Below, piece after piece: positions 1-12,546 of a stretch of 64,000 bases of DNA. Origin of the DNA: Trichosphaerium sp. ATCC 40318 (lineage: Eukaryota; Protista; Tubulinea); the NCBI GenBank assembly GCA_038496445.1, contig JALMLS010000276.1:1-64000 (forward strand), in the 5' to 3' direction. Every line of letters starts with the position of its first letter. Within the stretch, counting starts at the first letter, position 1. Under the pieces are notes generated by a model that was given only the letters and a program-made list of their open reading frames with translations, was not told the DNA's origin and did not search any database. A program made the translations under genes and the position numbers.

Positions 1-2162
1 AAAAAAAAAAAGGCAATGTGCTTACCGGCAGGGCAAGGCTTGCATTCAGTCAAATATTCGTTGTGTATGTATCCATCAGGGCATCCTAAGCATTCTAATG
101 ACCCTCTATATTTTATGAGCAACCACGTGGATTCAATTATGAGAAACAACGCACGTGGTATTTGCGACAAATCCGTGGCTACATCGTGAACAATTTGAAG
201 CTCCTGTAGAATTTGAATAAAACCCAATTTCACATGCATTACAAGTAGCTTGTGCTGTTGAATTTGCATAAAATCCAGGCAAACAAGGTTCGCATTCCAA
301 AAGATGATACAAACTGAATTCTCCGAGTTCGTTGCAAGTACCTAAAAAAATATGATTAGCCGATGTGGGTTTTTGGGTTATTTGTTTGTCTGGTACCCAT
401 TGGTTCAAAATTTAGTCCTGTCAAGTTGAACATGATTATATCGAGGTGATCTTGGTAATCTTTGATTTTGATTGGTGGATCAGGCTCTGATTTCTTGAAG
501 AGAAAAAAGTTAGATTAGTTTATTTATGGTTTCTGTTTATGTGAAGGTACCTCTGTATTATTTAAGAAAGACACGTTTTTCACAACTATCGGGAAGAAAC
601 CTTCTGAGTTCAAAGTATAGTTTGGACTTATTTGGATAAGATGTAATGGAACTCTATAATAGGAATGTCTTAGTTAAATTGGAAAGAAAAAAAATAAAAG
701 ACTTACTCATTATCTTCAAAAGTAGTATATTCCATCGCGAACTCATGTGGATGAGAGGAATCTACACCAAGTGTAACATTGAGAACAGGACCCTTAATTA
801 AACAAGAAAGTGAGCTATAAGATAAAAAGCTTTTCCGTACAGTGCACGCTTTGCAATCATCGATACTAGAGTCAATCATCCTAAAAATATTTGCACTAAC
901 AGTAAATCGAGATCCCTTAGCATGAACACGTGACATCGAAACGATCTTCGCTACATAAAGTTTACACGAAAAAACAACACGGTTTTCTTTGTTCTATGTA
1001 CCATTTAAAGTGGTGTGGGATGCTGAATTGATTGTAATGTTTTCAACGTTTAACGAATGAAACTCTACAAAAAATCACTGTTAGTATGATTGAACTTTTG
1101 ATTTAAAACCTTTAGATCTATGCACATACGTGGTACGCTGAATCCTTTACTTAGACCTAAAGAGCATGAAGTGACATTAATGTGACCAGTGAGAAGAGAC
1201 TGAGAGGCAACTAAAGATTCTTTAGTACTAGAACTAAATCCATAAAAAAAACTCAAAAAAAAAATACTCACCACCCCATTCACCGTCTTTAAAAGTGCAA
1301 TCCGTAAAGGATATTTCTAGTGGCGTTTCTCCAGCTACCGAGAAGAATCCAGTAACGCCTACAACCAATTTTCAATGAGAAATCTACAAAACAAGAGTTG
1401 AAAAGCTTCAGTTTCTAACCATTTACATAAAGTCTCAAGTCATTGAAATTAAGAAAAGTCTAACGAACAGAAACCGTTAATGTACAATTATAACGCTCTT
1501 GTTAAAGCGTACCACTTCATTCTTGAAGTTAATAACGCCTGCTGCATAACCTTTCGTGTTGGTAAGCGAAGGAACATAATTGATTTAGTACCAAGATTAT
1601 CTTCTGCTCCAATAGGTGTAATGTAGATTATATCTATCTTTCCATGCCCAGTTGTCCATACAACATTACTCTCCGACTCCGAATAGTCGTATTCGCCCGC
1701 TGTATAACGATTTTGAGTGACGTAGTACGAGAGAAAAGAGTATTGCTACAAAAACACCAAAAAAAGATAATAAATTTGTTGAGGGTGAACACGTGCCTTG
1801 AGCGCATATATGCCACTCAACTTGGTTTTGGTAGATAGGTATAGCATTAAACCCTCTTCTTAGGGTATGGTAAGGACTGTCAATAGTTCCATTACCCTTA
1901 ATACAAAGAATCAACGCCAAGGGAACGTAGTTGTTCTTATTTTTTGACTATCGGCCAAATACGCCATTTTTGACAAACAATGGCATTTTTTTCACTATAC
2001 GTACCTTGGTGTCGCTTCCCGTAGGCGAAATATAGCTATCACATACAGCGCTGTCGACTGTTATTATCTTCTAAACGATATTATGCTAAAAACGTAAAAC
2101 ATTATCACGTGTACCCCTATACATACTAGAACAAGACCCACAACGATTAATTTACGTATCAT
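1..2162 (-). CDS. Large secreted/surface protein, multi-exon, with an N-terminal beta-helix-associated motif and Cys-rich (TNFR/GCC2-GCC3-like) repeats; 3' end lies outside the window
   Basis: Signal-peptide-like start MIRKLIVVGLVLVCIG at 2162. Later exons give YISPTGSDTK-GNGTIDSPYHTL and CEPCLPGFYANSTAQATCNACEIGFYSNSTGASNCSRC. GT-AG introns. Confidence 0.65.
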
Positions 2163-3222
2163 TACGACAAAACGAGTTGTCGGTACTGTTGCCGCTTAGT
2201 TGAAGAACAAAACTTGACGTTTTTGAAACTTTTTAACGAAAACCAGGCCAAAATTCTACCTAGCCTTGTACACCATGATTCGTCGCTATGGCTTGCGTGG
2301 ACAAACGTTGTAGACGCCAATAAACAAATATGAAAAATTTTGCTTTATCCTCATCTAGCAGCGAGACTTGGAGTTTGTTGCTTCATAATAGTGCTGGGGG
2401 CGTACGTTGGAGACAAGCGTTCGGGTTTTTATTAGCATTGGTAGCATACATAGATTTGTTTTCTTATAGAGTACAAGGTCGCTAAATCACCAATTTATAG
2501 AGTATTGCTCCTCCTTGAGCGTGTTATTCTGTTGTTTTATAGGATTTTTCTCCCCTGTGAGTAAAACTACGAGCCCTCTAACACAGGATGAGACTATGTT
2601 GGTTCTACGTGTCTACTTAGTATTTAGACAAAAAAAATGCGTGAATGTTGTTTTGGCTTACCGTGTCAAAACGTACCAAGAAGCGCAAGCCATACAGCAA
2701 GAAGCAACTGAATTGGCATGAAGCCTGTTAATAATCGTATAAAGTTCGCTCTACAAAGTTATAAGCATTTTTAATTACTTCGTAGTGAAATCACTGTTTA
2801 GAAATTGCTGGTTGTATCTCTCCGGTTACTGCGATAGTATTTTTTTTATGTTTGTCCAAGCTTAAAACTCCATGTGTACCTTCTCATTGTAGCAAAGCAC
2901 ACTGTTGTTGATGATGTATTGTTGCTTCTATTGAACTTGAAAGCACTAGCTATGTCTTTTCCGAAAAACTGCAATGGCGATTGGTATGAAGGAGTAAAAC
3001 GCGTGTTGTTTACTACAACGTTGTTTTTCTTCTGTGTCTGCGTTTTAATCGACTTCTTTTCGGTTGTAACCTTGCTGGTGGCATTTTTCCGCCTACCGGC
3101 GAGGAATCTACGTGGTAGCATTCAAGAAAACTCGAAACAGCGTACTATACCAGTAATGTGTTTAAAGCTTTGAGCGTAAATCAGTTTTCATACCCAAAAT
3201 CCTTCACAATAAAACCCACAAC

Positions 3223-3798
3223 GATGAAGCTAGCAACACCAGTACCCTATATAAATGACCTAGAGCACCTCCATGTAGTTCCTACATCCTCTGTATTGCC
3301 TTCCGCATTCCACTACGTACAACAGAGATCACGCGGCCGTGTTTTCCCTTGTAACTCACCGCTGGCGTTACCAGGTTCCGATGTGTTATGCGTGCCAAGC
3401 CAACGGAGTATACGACGTCAAACAAGAGCTTCAAAGAACAAAAGAAGCATGGTACGCATGACTCAGCGGCAGCTAGATAATCGCACACATCAATAGTGTT
3501 TTTTACAGAAGCGCTTACATAATTCTGGTAGATACGCCGCAGCTCGCGTCTACAGCTCAAAGAGTCACCTAGAAAGCGATTTAAAAAGGCAGAGGTTAAA
3601 ATTATATCGCAACTTGACACGGTACGCCAAAAAGTCATCAAGCTTTTGCTACGGCCAAAGCGCTGGTCGAGGGTTCACTCTGGCCAAATTATCCAAGAAC
3701 CTTCAAAAAAACTTTTCTACGATCTACGTTGGCGCATCAAAAACCACATTTCAGTCTTAAACAAGCGTAGTCGTATCGTTTTTGTACATCGCCCATGA
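3223..3798 (+). CDS. Hypothetical basic protein (2 exons)
   Basis: ATG 3223 (MKLATPVPY...). A GTACGC..TAG intron near 3452-3531 joins an open Arg/Lys-rich exon ending TGA. No recognised family. Confidence 0.35.
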
Positions 3799-3978
3799 AA
3801 AGAACCAAAGCGTACTTTGCTTTTAGCTGAACGAGCTTTTGATAGCGTCATATCTATCACAACGCGCTCTTGATAGACGCGAAGCGTAGAAAAACTAATA
3901 ATAGAAGTATTTTTCTTGGGCGCCTTTTTTTTTCAGCGAGTTTTTCTTTTTCTTTCCTTTCTCACTTTTTCTCTGCAG

Positions 3979-4520
3979 GATTATGCTAATGAAGATGTAT
4001 TACTAGTAAACCATGTTCTTCTTTTACTTCCTGTTGAGATATGGGAGCATGTATTTAAGAGTCTGAACTATAAAGGGCTCCAAGCAATTGGTTGTACATG
4101 CGGTACATTGTGCTCTATAAGTAGGAGTAGTTCACTTTGGAGAGAAAGATGGAAGACACTTTTTCTCGAGAAACATTCTCTTGATTGGACAAAAAATGTT
4201 GATAGTTTGTCAATTGTTTCACTTGATATAGATGACAGAACACCTTTATGGAAAGGTGTGAGTACATCTAGATGGGTTCTTATTACTGCATCTTGAAGAT
4301 ATTCACGTGACAGAAAAAGAAACCACCTTAACCACCAAATTGTATTCTAGTGTAAAAAAGTAATAGAAATAATAACTATTTTGAAATTCCTCCAAGTTTT
4401 TTTTATCACGTGTCACAGACGGGTTAAATTTGAGCGTGAGCGATATCAAGGGCTTTACAGAATTATGTCACGACATTCTCGCGTGCGCTCGCACGTGCAA
4501 GGTGATGCTAAGGTCTCATA
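3979..4520 (+). CDS. F-box protein (non-LRR); 5' exon unresolved
   Basis: LLLLPVEIWEHVFKSLNYKGLQAIGCTCGTLCSISRSSSLW is an F-box consensus. Downstream exons end ...GDAKVS*. Confidence 0.65.
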
Positions 4521-4587
4521 AACGAAGGACAATACGCGGAGCGGAAATCAGTGAAGGCGAGTTTCATTTATAGTCAAAAAGGGCGTG

Positions 4588-5566
4588 ATGGCGACGACAT
4601 CTCCCTCTGGTGATATAATATCACTTGTAAAGAGAATATCTTCATTAGACGCTGTTCAGAAAGGAAATGTAACGGAACTTGGTAACGTTTAAAACAAATT
4701 AGATTAAAACTCATACAGAGCAGATTTCGTAAAGTATTGCAAGTCCCTGGCTACGAAGGAGCTAACTTTAGAGCAAATACATAAATTATTCTTAATGATA
4801 GATAAGGACCATACAGTACGCGCTTTCTATGCGTCTAAACTCCGTTTATGACGTTAAAAAAATTATTGATTCCAACCGATTTAAAAGGGTAAAATCAACG
4901 TTGGCCATTTTCTCAGTTATTTGACAGCAATATCATCTGGAAGCTTCAAAGACAAAGCTACAAGTACGTGGGGTTATTTCAGTAGTGTTTAGAGCGACCT
5001 GAAAACCGCTCGTCAACACGTGGTTCCAAATGTATTGTTTGTTTTCAGTTGTGGACGACTTGCTTATGTTTGTAGCTGTGTTTAACGCTATAGATGAAGA
5101 TGGTAGTGGGTTATTAACACGTGATGAAGTTTATAAAGGTTGCATGTCTGTATTTTTGAATAACATCGATCTGTCTCAGAGCGAGGTTTGAAGTAGTATT
5201 GTGAATTTGAGCTTCGAAATGACCATTAAAAAAACTCACTATTATGCTTACTAGGAGATTAACATTTGCTTGCGTGATAGTATGGGTATTCCAATAGAAG
5301 AAAAAGGACAAAACAAACTCAGAGAATCCCAAGTCATTCGTGCCAACCAACGTGCAAGAGTTGAAGCAGGACTACAGCGGTGAGGATCTTATTTAACAGA
5401 TTTTTCTAGTTTTGAAAGGTTTTTTTATCAACACGTGACAGATTCTTTTAGTATATTTAAAGCAGATGATAACAATGACGGTAAAATATCGTTGGAGGAG
5501 TTTTTACTACATGCACAAGAAAACCCTGCTTTGAAAGCGATTGTTGATTTCTACTATGACTTTTGA
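4588..5566 (+). CDS. EF-hand calcium-binding protein (NCS/calcineurin-B-like)
   Basis: Spliced exons give IDKDHTGKI, IDEDGSGLLTRDE and ADDNNDGKISLEEF...ENP EF-hand loops. Confidence 0.85.
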
Positions 5567-5957
5567 TTGTTTTCAAGCACCAGTAGGTCCGCCAACTGGG
5601 TGTAATAGATAACAAATGTTTGGCGAACAAGATATTTTTTCTTTTCCCCACATTGTTTTAGTTGAGAAGTGAACTTGAGTGCAATAGGTCTGTGATAACA
5701 ATATGTGTTGTACAGTATGTAGTCGTTCAAAATAGTTTATTCATTAATAACAGACTGCTAGGCAGCTTAAGTCATAAATAGACATCTTTTGTTGCCTCCG
5801 TCTTGAGTGTTTTGCGACTAGTCAAGTGTTTCAATTGTTAAAAATAACCGGAGTTCTTCTAGTGATCGTTGACACACTCAACTGTTATGCATAAAAAAAT
5901 AGTGGAAACTGCCACTTGTAGCAAGGTCTGAAAGCTTTTTATTTTTTTTTTTGAAAA

Positions 5958-7183
5958 TTACATTCTTAATCCAAGGTATTTGTATCCTTCTTCTGTGACT
6001 TTAGTTCTTTTAGCATACAGTTTTTCAATACCAATAAGCGGCTTAATACCCTCATCTGAAACATTTGAGCATCCTGATATACATAGATGCTTAACACCAA
6101 TAAGCTTAGAAACACCAATATCAGTAACATATTGACAAAAAGCAATATCGATTCTAGTAGCACCAGCAATAGCCTCAAGTCCTTTGTCTCTTATATAAGT
6201 ACTGCTCGCTAAAACAATACTGGCACCCTTTAAAGCACAAAAACCTTTATCTGTTATACGACTACACCCAGTTATATCTATTTTATAGACACCTGAGAGA
6301 TGACAAATACCTTCATCTGTAATATTTTTACATCTTGATAAATCTATTGTATGTACGCCAGATATCCATTCAAAATATATTCCTTTTATATTATGACACC
6401 AAGATAGATTCAAGTTTTTTACACCTGTAAAAGACTTTATATCCTCATCTTTTATTTGATCACAACCACAAAGATCTATTGTATGTATACCACCAAGTGA
6501 TTTTATAATATCATTTGATAACTTAGAATAAGTTATCTTTATTCTATGTGGTGGCTTAACCATTATTTCTCGAATTGCTTCAAGAGTAAGTGTATCACAA
6601 TGGCTTATTTCTAGATCATGAACACCTGATAATACGCCAATATCATTACCAAGTTTTCTTCCTTTTAACCGAACAGTTGGTATACCAGCTAATGCTTTTA
6701 TACCTTCTATAGTAATCTTTCTTATGTTGTCTAAAGTTATGCTTTTTAACCCCTTTAATGACTTTAATCCTTCATCTGTTATACGTGAGTGACCATGTAG
6801 ACCTAGGTATCTTACTCTTTGATGTGATAGAGCCTTTAAATCATCGTCTGTGAATGGCTTTTCTTCAAAAGTGAAAACTTCAACTCTTGTATGTTTGATT
6901 ACTTTTGACTTTTCGAACAGACGTTGTAGTTCTTCTCTTGATTGTATAAGAACTTTATAAGGTCCTATATGGTTTTCTATTACTTCACGCATCAGTTTAC
7001 ACGTCAGGATAGCGTTAAGACGTGAGTGGTTCAGCGTTAGAATGTGCGCTAATATTTCGTTTGGAAGGTCCAGAATATTACTAACAAGCAGTTCACTAGC
7101 ATATAACGTTAGATTGTGGCTTTTAGACAGTCTTGTTATGAATAGGCGCTTGAGATTCGTTTAACATACCTCAATTTGTCCAT
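5958..7183 (-). CDS. F-box/LRR protein copy 1 (intact)
   Basis: Exon 1 MDKL(S) 7170-7183 and intron 7120-7169. These are followed by the F-box ILDLPNEILAHIL and tandem LRRs of type GVHTIDLSxCxxITDEG. Confidence 0.9.
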
Positions 7184-7687
7184 TTAAGATCAATTTGGTG
7201 TAGTTTGCTGATTTGGTGTATTTATGGCACGTGTAAACACAAAATGTTACGACAAGAAGGTGCGTTGATACGAGTTATAGTTAAGTCTAATTTATTATAT
7301 CTAAGTACATGTATAGATGTCGTGACGCAAAATGATAATTTTATTGCGTATTCAAAGGCTGACAATTTTTTGCGCAAAGTCGCCGATTGTAAAACATTCG
7401 ACACTCACTTGGTATCTTTACGAGTACTCGAAAATGAAGTAGCTCTTTCCGAGAATCAAGTAAACAATAGCACTTGCCTATCGAACCAAAACGTGATAAA
7501 ATGCTCGACAACACTTTTTTTATATTTAGGACTGCCCAGCGGATGGTACTGTACCATTGAACGTAGTGTCCTAACTTGAAGGGCAAAGGTGCAGCAGACG
7601 GTGAGGATATACGTTGTCTTTTCGGTCGTCAAACTTCCTCCTAACATCACACTAACGGTTTACTTTCTGTTGAAGGCTCCTACATAG

Positions 7688-9326
7688 ATGGCTTCCTCTG
7701 AATCCTTTTTGGAGCGTTATTTGGCAAAAGCAAAGGCGTTTGGCGAAGAATATAGTACATACGCACGCTTCGACGATGACAGAGAGGTTCGTACTTGTTT
7801 TTGGGGAAAAAAACGGCATTGCTGTTGATTGTCTTACTCTGTTAGCCTGATGCGCCAATTGGAGATTTAATGTATCCAGAGCTTGATGTACCCTTAGATA
7901 ATGAAGGATACTGCGTTAGTTGGCCAAGTAACAAGGAGAAGGAGATTAAGCAGTTTTTTTCTAAATACGGGTTTGTTGTTGTACGCAATGTACTCACAGA
8001 ACAGGAGGTATGAAGGAAAAAAAGTTTTTTGCCGTTTCAGAAAAGCTGTCGCCATTTTTTCTCAAAAACAAAAAGCAAAAAAACTGACGAGAAAAAGGTC
8101 TCAAACAGTGTCTCAGACATTTGGACACAACTCGAGACTGGAAAGTTTGATCAACCTACTGAGCTTGATATTAAAATAAACAGAAATGATCCATCCACGT
8201 GGGGTATAGAGTCCGGATGGCCTGCTTTCTTTACAAACTTGGTATGGTTCTCTTTAAAAACGTGTTTTTTTCATTAACCTTTGGTGGTTTTTTAGGGTTT
8301 TTTGGGACAACCAAGGACGAAACAACTGTGGATGAATCGTGTTAATGAGAACATATATAACTCGTTTAAAACTGTTATTGGTAATCCGAATTTATGGGTT
8401 GCTATAGAGCAGATAGGAGCCATGAGACCAACAAAGGTAAACTTTTTAAATGACTAATAAATAACGTGTTTGTTTAAGGGAATTTCTGCGGTGCCTCTAG
8501 AACCCAATAATTCAAGAGTAAACGCTAGTCCTAAGATAGGAACAGGTGCTATTGATAAGAAAGACTGGGTGTCAACGAAAGGATCAGATTGGATACACTG
8601 GGATCTTAATCCTTGTACAAGTTTCAGCATTTTTTGTGTTTTGCTAACTCAAACAAAGGGAAATGGACGACAGGCCAAGGGATGGACTATGCGTTTACTG
8701 ACTTTTCTACTGAAAATAATGGAGTAAAAAAAGGAAAGTATGTAAAGGTGCAAGGAGTGTTAAACCTTGGTGCTTCTTCAAAAGATGATGGTGGCTTTTT
8801 TTGTGTACGAAAAATGAACTACCCTAAGAATACTTCAAGTGATCAATTGTTTTTAGGTACCAGGCTTTCAAAAATATGTTGCTGATTGGGCACAAAAAAC
8901 AAAACATACAAGAGCTTGTAAAAAGAAAGATGATATTCTAGACTTGGTTCATGTCCCTTTATGCACGTGATTTTTTTGTCATTATTCGAAATGTTATTTT
9001 TCTTTTTTTTTTCTCAAAGGAATTTTCTTGTTGTCTCCGCCCCGCCACTGTTCTATGATCGTTTAGTAATAGTTTGGTTAGGCGATAAGATTAGGAGCCA
9101 AGGTAAAAAGGTCCCAATGAGACCAGGGAGTTTATTAATATGGAACTCTGAACTGCCTCATGCTAATTATCCAAACAGCTCAAGTAATTTTCGTTTTGTT
9201 CAATACTTCAAAATGTTTGTTGCAAATCCGGATGCTAAAGGAGTTTCATACAGAAGGAACCTTATTAAAATGAACGTACCGAGAGGTATAGAATTAACTG
9301 ACTTGGGCAAAAAGTTATACGGCTAG
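7688..9326 (+). CDS. PhyH-like 2-oxoglutarate/Fe(II) dioxygenase
   Basis: Motifs FFSKYGFVVVRNVL, IHWD, VQGVLNL...DGGFFCVPGF and PGSLLIWNSELPHANYPNSS.FRFVQY. One GC-AG intron (donor 8963). Confidence 0.85.
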
Positions 9327-9409
9327 AATCGTGGTCCAACCAGATAGAACAATAAAGACATGTTTCCAAAGAGACAACTTTAATAAATAGTAACTTAGTT
9401 AGTCAATGT

Positions 9410-10891
9410 TCAGTTAGTAGTATGTCGGGTATTTGTTTGTGATGCAATACATTCTTTTGTCACATTTTTACAATCAGCAATGACTATCTCATGAACACTA
9501 GCAAGTGCTTTGATACCTTTATCTGTCACATTTGGACAACCACACAGGTAGATTTTATTTGCTCCTTTTAGTGCGTTGAGCCCATTGTCTGTGATGGAAG
9601 TGTGTATAAGCCCAATATCATAGATTCCTGTCAGTGGTGCAATACTTTCATCTGTTATGAAGGCACCAGAAAGGACAATTTCACGAACACCAGCAAGTTC
9701 TTTAAGGCCTTTGTTGGTGTAGTTTTTACACTTATTGAGATAAATCTCATTAACATTTTTGAGAGCTTTGAGCCCTTCATCTGTGACTGAAGTATCCATG
9801 AGTTCAATACGATGAACATTTCTTAATGCTTTAAACCCTTCATGTGTAATGTCATGGCAATGGCAAAGATCAATAGTATGAACATTTCCTAACGCCTTGA
9901 GTCCTTCATCTGTAACTGCTGTATCTCGAAGACCAATAGTGTGTACATTTTTGAGGAGTTTTATACCTTTGTCTGTCACATGTTCACAAAATGAGAGGTT
10001 GACTTCATGAGCATCTACTAGAGCTTTAAGACCTTCATCTGTTACTTCAGTGTTCATGATATCAATTTTATAAACACCTTCAAGTGCTTTAATGCCTTCA
10101 TCTGTTATATTCTCACAACTGACAAGATCGATTGTATGAACGCCTGCAAGTGATTTTAATCCTTCATCTGTAATATGTTGACACAAAGAGTTATACTGTG
10201 TACACCAGCAATTTCTTTCAAATCAGTATCATTGATTTTACATACACTGCCATAAGGTGTATCAATGTGTTTACACCCAAATAGCATTGAATAGAGGGTA
10301 TTATCATTCAATAAACTCAAATCAATACGAGTGTTGTTCATAATACCTTTATACTGTCTGATCTTTAGAATATCTTTAGGACTTTTTAACAAGATATATT
10401 CATATCCAACAACATCATGAATAATATCAGCCATCAATCGGCATGATTGAGCAACATTAAACTTTTCCTGGTATTCTGTGTATCCTAGAATATTTGAAAT
10501 AATCTCTGGCGGAAGGTCAAGAATGTTCGGTTCTGTTGGCATCACAAGACTACAATATCTTGTTAAGAAAGCGAGAAAGCGAACTGGCTTGAAAGTGAAA
10601 GAAAAAGGCTGGTTTGGAACAAACAGAAACGTACTCTTTTATTTGCTTGTGTTTTGGTGTGTCAAGGCACTCAGAGTGTTCTAAACGTTGGTTTGAAGTT
10701 GTTTGGTTGGCATCCGTGTGTTTTAACAACAGTTGATCGAGTTGTTGCGTCAAGCGTGTATTTGAGATATCTAAGATGCTTTCAAGTTGTTTCAAGAATG
10801 TTTCATCTACTTTTTTACTAAACGCTGCTGAATTGCTCTTCCTTTGTAAATAAGTAAGCGCTTGCTCCACTGAAACGCCTGAAAAGTTCAT
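9410..10891 (-). pseudogene. F-box/LRR protein copy 2, one frameshift (or consensus indel)
   Basis: Exon 1 10635-10891 and phase-2 intron 10550-10634, then F-box ILDLPPEIISNIL. The frame shifts near 10186-10190 (ITL/CQHITDEG), after which the LRR array is open to 9410. Confidence 0.8.
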
Positions 10892-12546
10892 TTATTGTAT
10901 TTGTTGGTTTTCTAGGAGCCAATTGCCGAACAATTAAGCAATGGAACTGACTTATGGTACAACAGTTATAAGTACCAAAATAAATCAAATTTCTGGAGGC
11001 GAGTGATTGATACTATTATCAATTGCATTTTCTAAAAGCACCTCAACGCCATAAAAGGTCATTGTTGCTCACGGATATAGTATTATAAACAATCAGGATA
11101 TTGTTCTGGTGCTTTAAAATATGATTATTTGAGCATTTTGTACATTTTATTATTGCCACGGTATTAACACATTGTGCACACAAAAATGACACGTAGAGGA
11201 GTAATTATACCACGCACAAGCCTATCATCTAAATCTGTGCTTCGGCCACAAGAATATGGTTGACTTGGTGTTCAGCAACAAGTAGTATAACGCCAATACA
11301 AAAAACTTGTAGCAATAAACCAAAACGAAAGAAAGCAACATCTCTAAAGTGCTATCAACTAGAGATAGCAGTAAGTAGTAATACAATAATGCGCATGTTT
11401 TATTGTTAACTGATTTGTAGTACCTTCATTTGCTGAGAATAACCATCTTTCATGCACGCCCTCAATCATACAGCAACTATTAACTTATGTAAGTTACTCA
11501 ACCGTTGAGTAACGAACAAGCAAACAATCATAGACCAATTAGATAGTATTGTGAACCACAACAGCAGGTAAAACGCCCTACAACCAAAAGGTACGCCAGA
11601 ATCTTTTTAAAACGTCAATTTTTGATTGACAACTTAAACTGGTTTTTTTTTTCTTTGTTTTTTTCCATTTTTTTTTAAGTCGTCTACCACGCCGGCGTCC
11701 GACTCCTAACAAACAAGCCAACTATAAAAATTGCGATATAGACGTTGTAGGGGGTTGAATACGTACAGATTCACTCCGTGTTAGAAGAACTCTGCTACAC
11801 GATACGCAAGGTAGTGAAAGGTGAGAGCTATAAAATCCAATGGGAGGGCTGTGTTGAAATACTAGAGCTTCCCAAATGGAGACTTTTCTTCGGCACTACT
11901 AATAGAGATGTTTTGATAAAACTCTTCTAACAGGGAGAAATGTTTCTAACGTTTTCCTCACCGCAAACTGTAATAATGAAAATCGGGGTTAAAAAAATGT
12001 AAAATTGAAAGCTGCTACTAGCTCCATCATGCCCAGGACGACCTTTGATTGTAGCATGTTTTTGTTGGTAAAAAAATAAGAAACGTTTCTAACGTTTCTT
12101 GTGTCAAGGAACACATTTTTCTGGTAGAGACAAGAAACGCATGTGTAAACTGGAGCAACTTATCACTTTTCAAATTGTCTTGTGAAGAAGCTGCGTTGTT
12201 CTAGCACAACATAATTTACATTATTAAGAGACACAATGACATAACTCATATAGACAGCATGTCTAACTTTGATCTATTTCTTAAACAAACCACTGTCTAC
12301 AAATGCCATCTTTGCAACATAAGAGCCAATAATAGAAGCGAAGAGACATTTCCTTTTCAATTAAAGACACTCAACAAATGCCATAATATTACACTGAGTT
12401 GGCTAAGTGAATAGTCATAGTACGATCTCTTTAACAAATAGAAACAGACATATTTAGTAGTGATATATGACAAGGTTAATGTCTAAATGGGTAGTTGGAA
12501 ACTGTACCGAACTGTGCTGACTCAGCTGCTTTATTTTTGTTTTTCG

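Noticed and set aside
2275-3121. Gene between the surface-protein gene and 3223
   Set aside because: Exon-like pieces exist on both strands but I could not assemble a consistent model.
5939-5957. Poly-A after F-box/LRR stops (also near 61612) as retroposition scars
   Set aside because: A/T homopolymers are ubiquitous in this genome and no target-site duplications were found.
10900-12500. Possible gene or structured RNA
   Set aside because: Only short open stretches, with no recognisable protein motif or RNase P/MRP/SRP signature.
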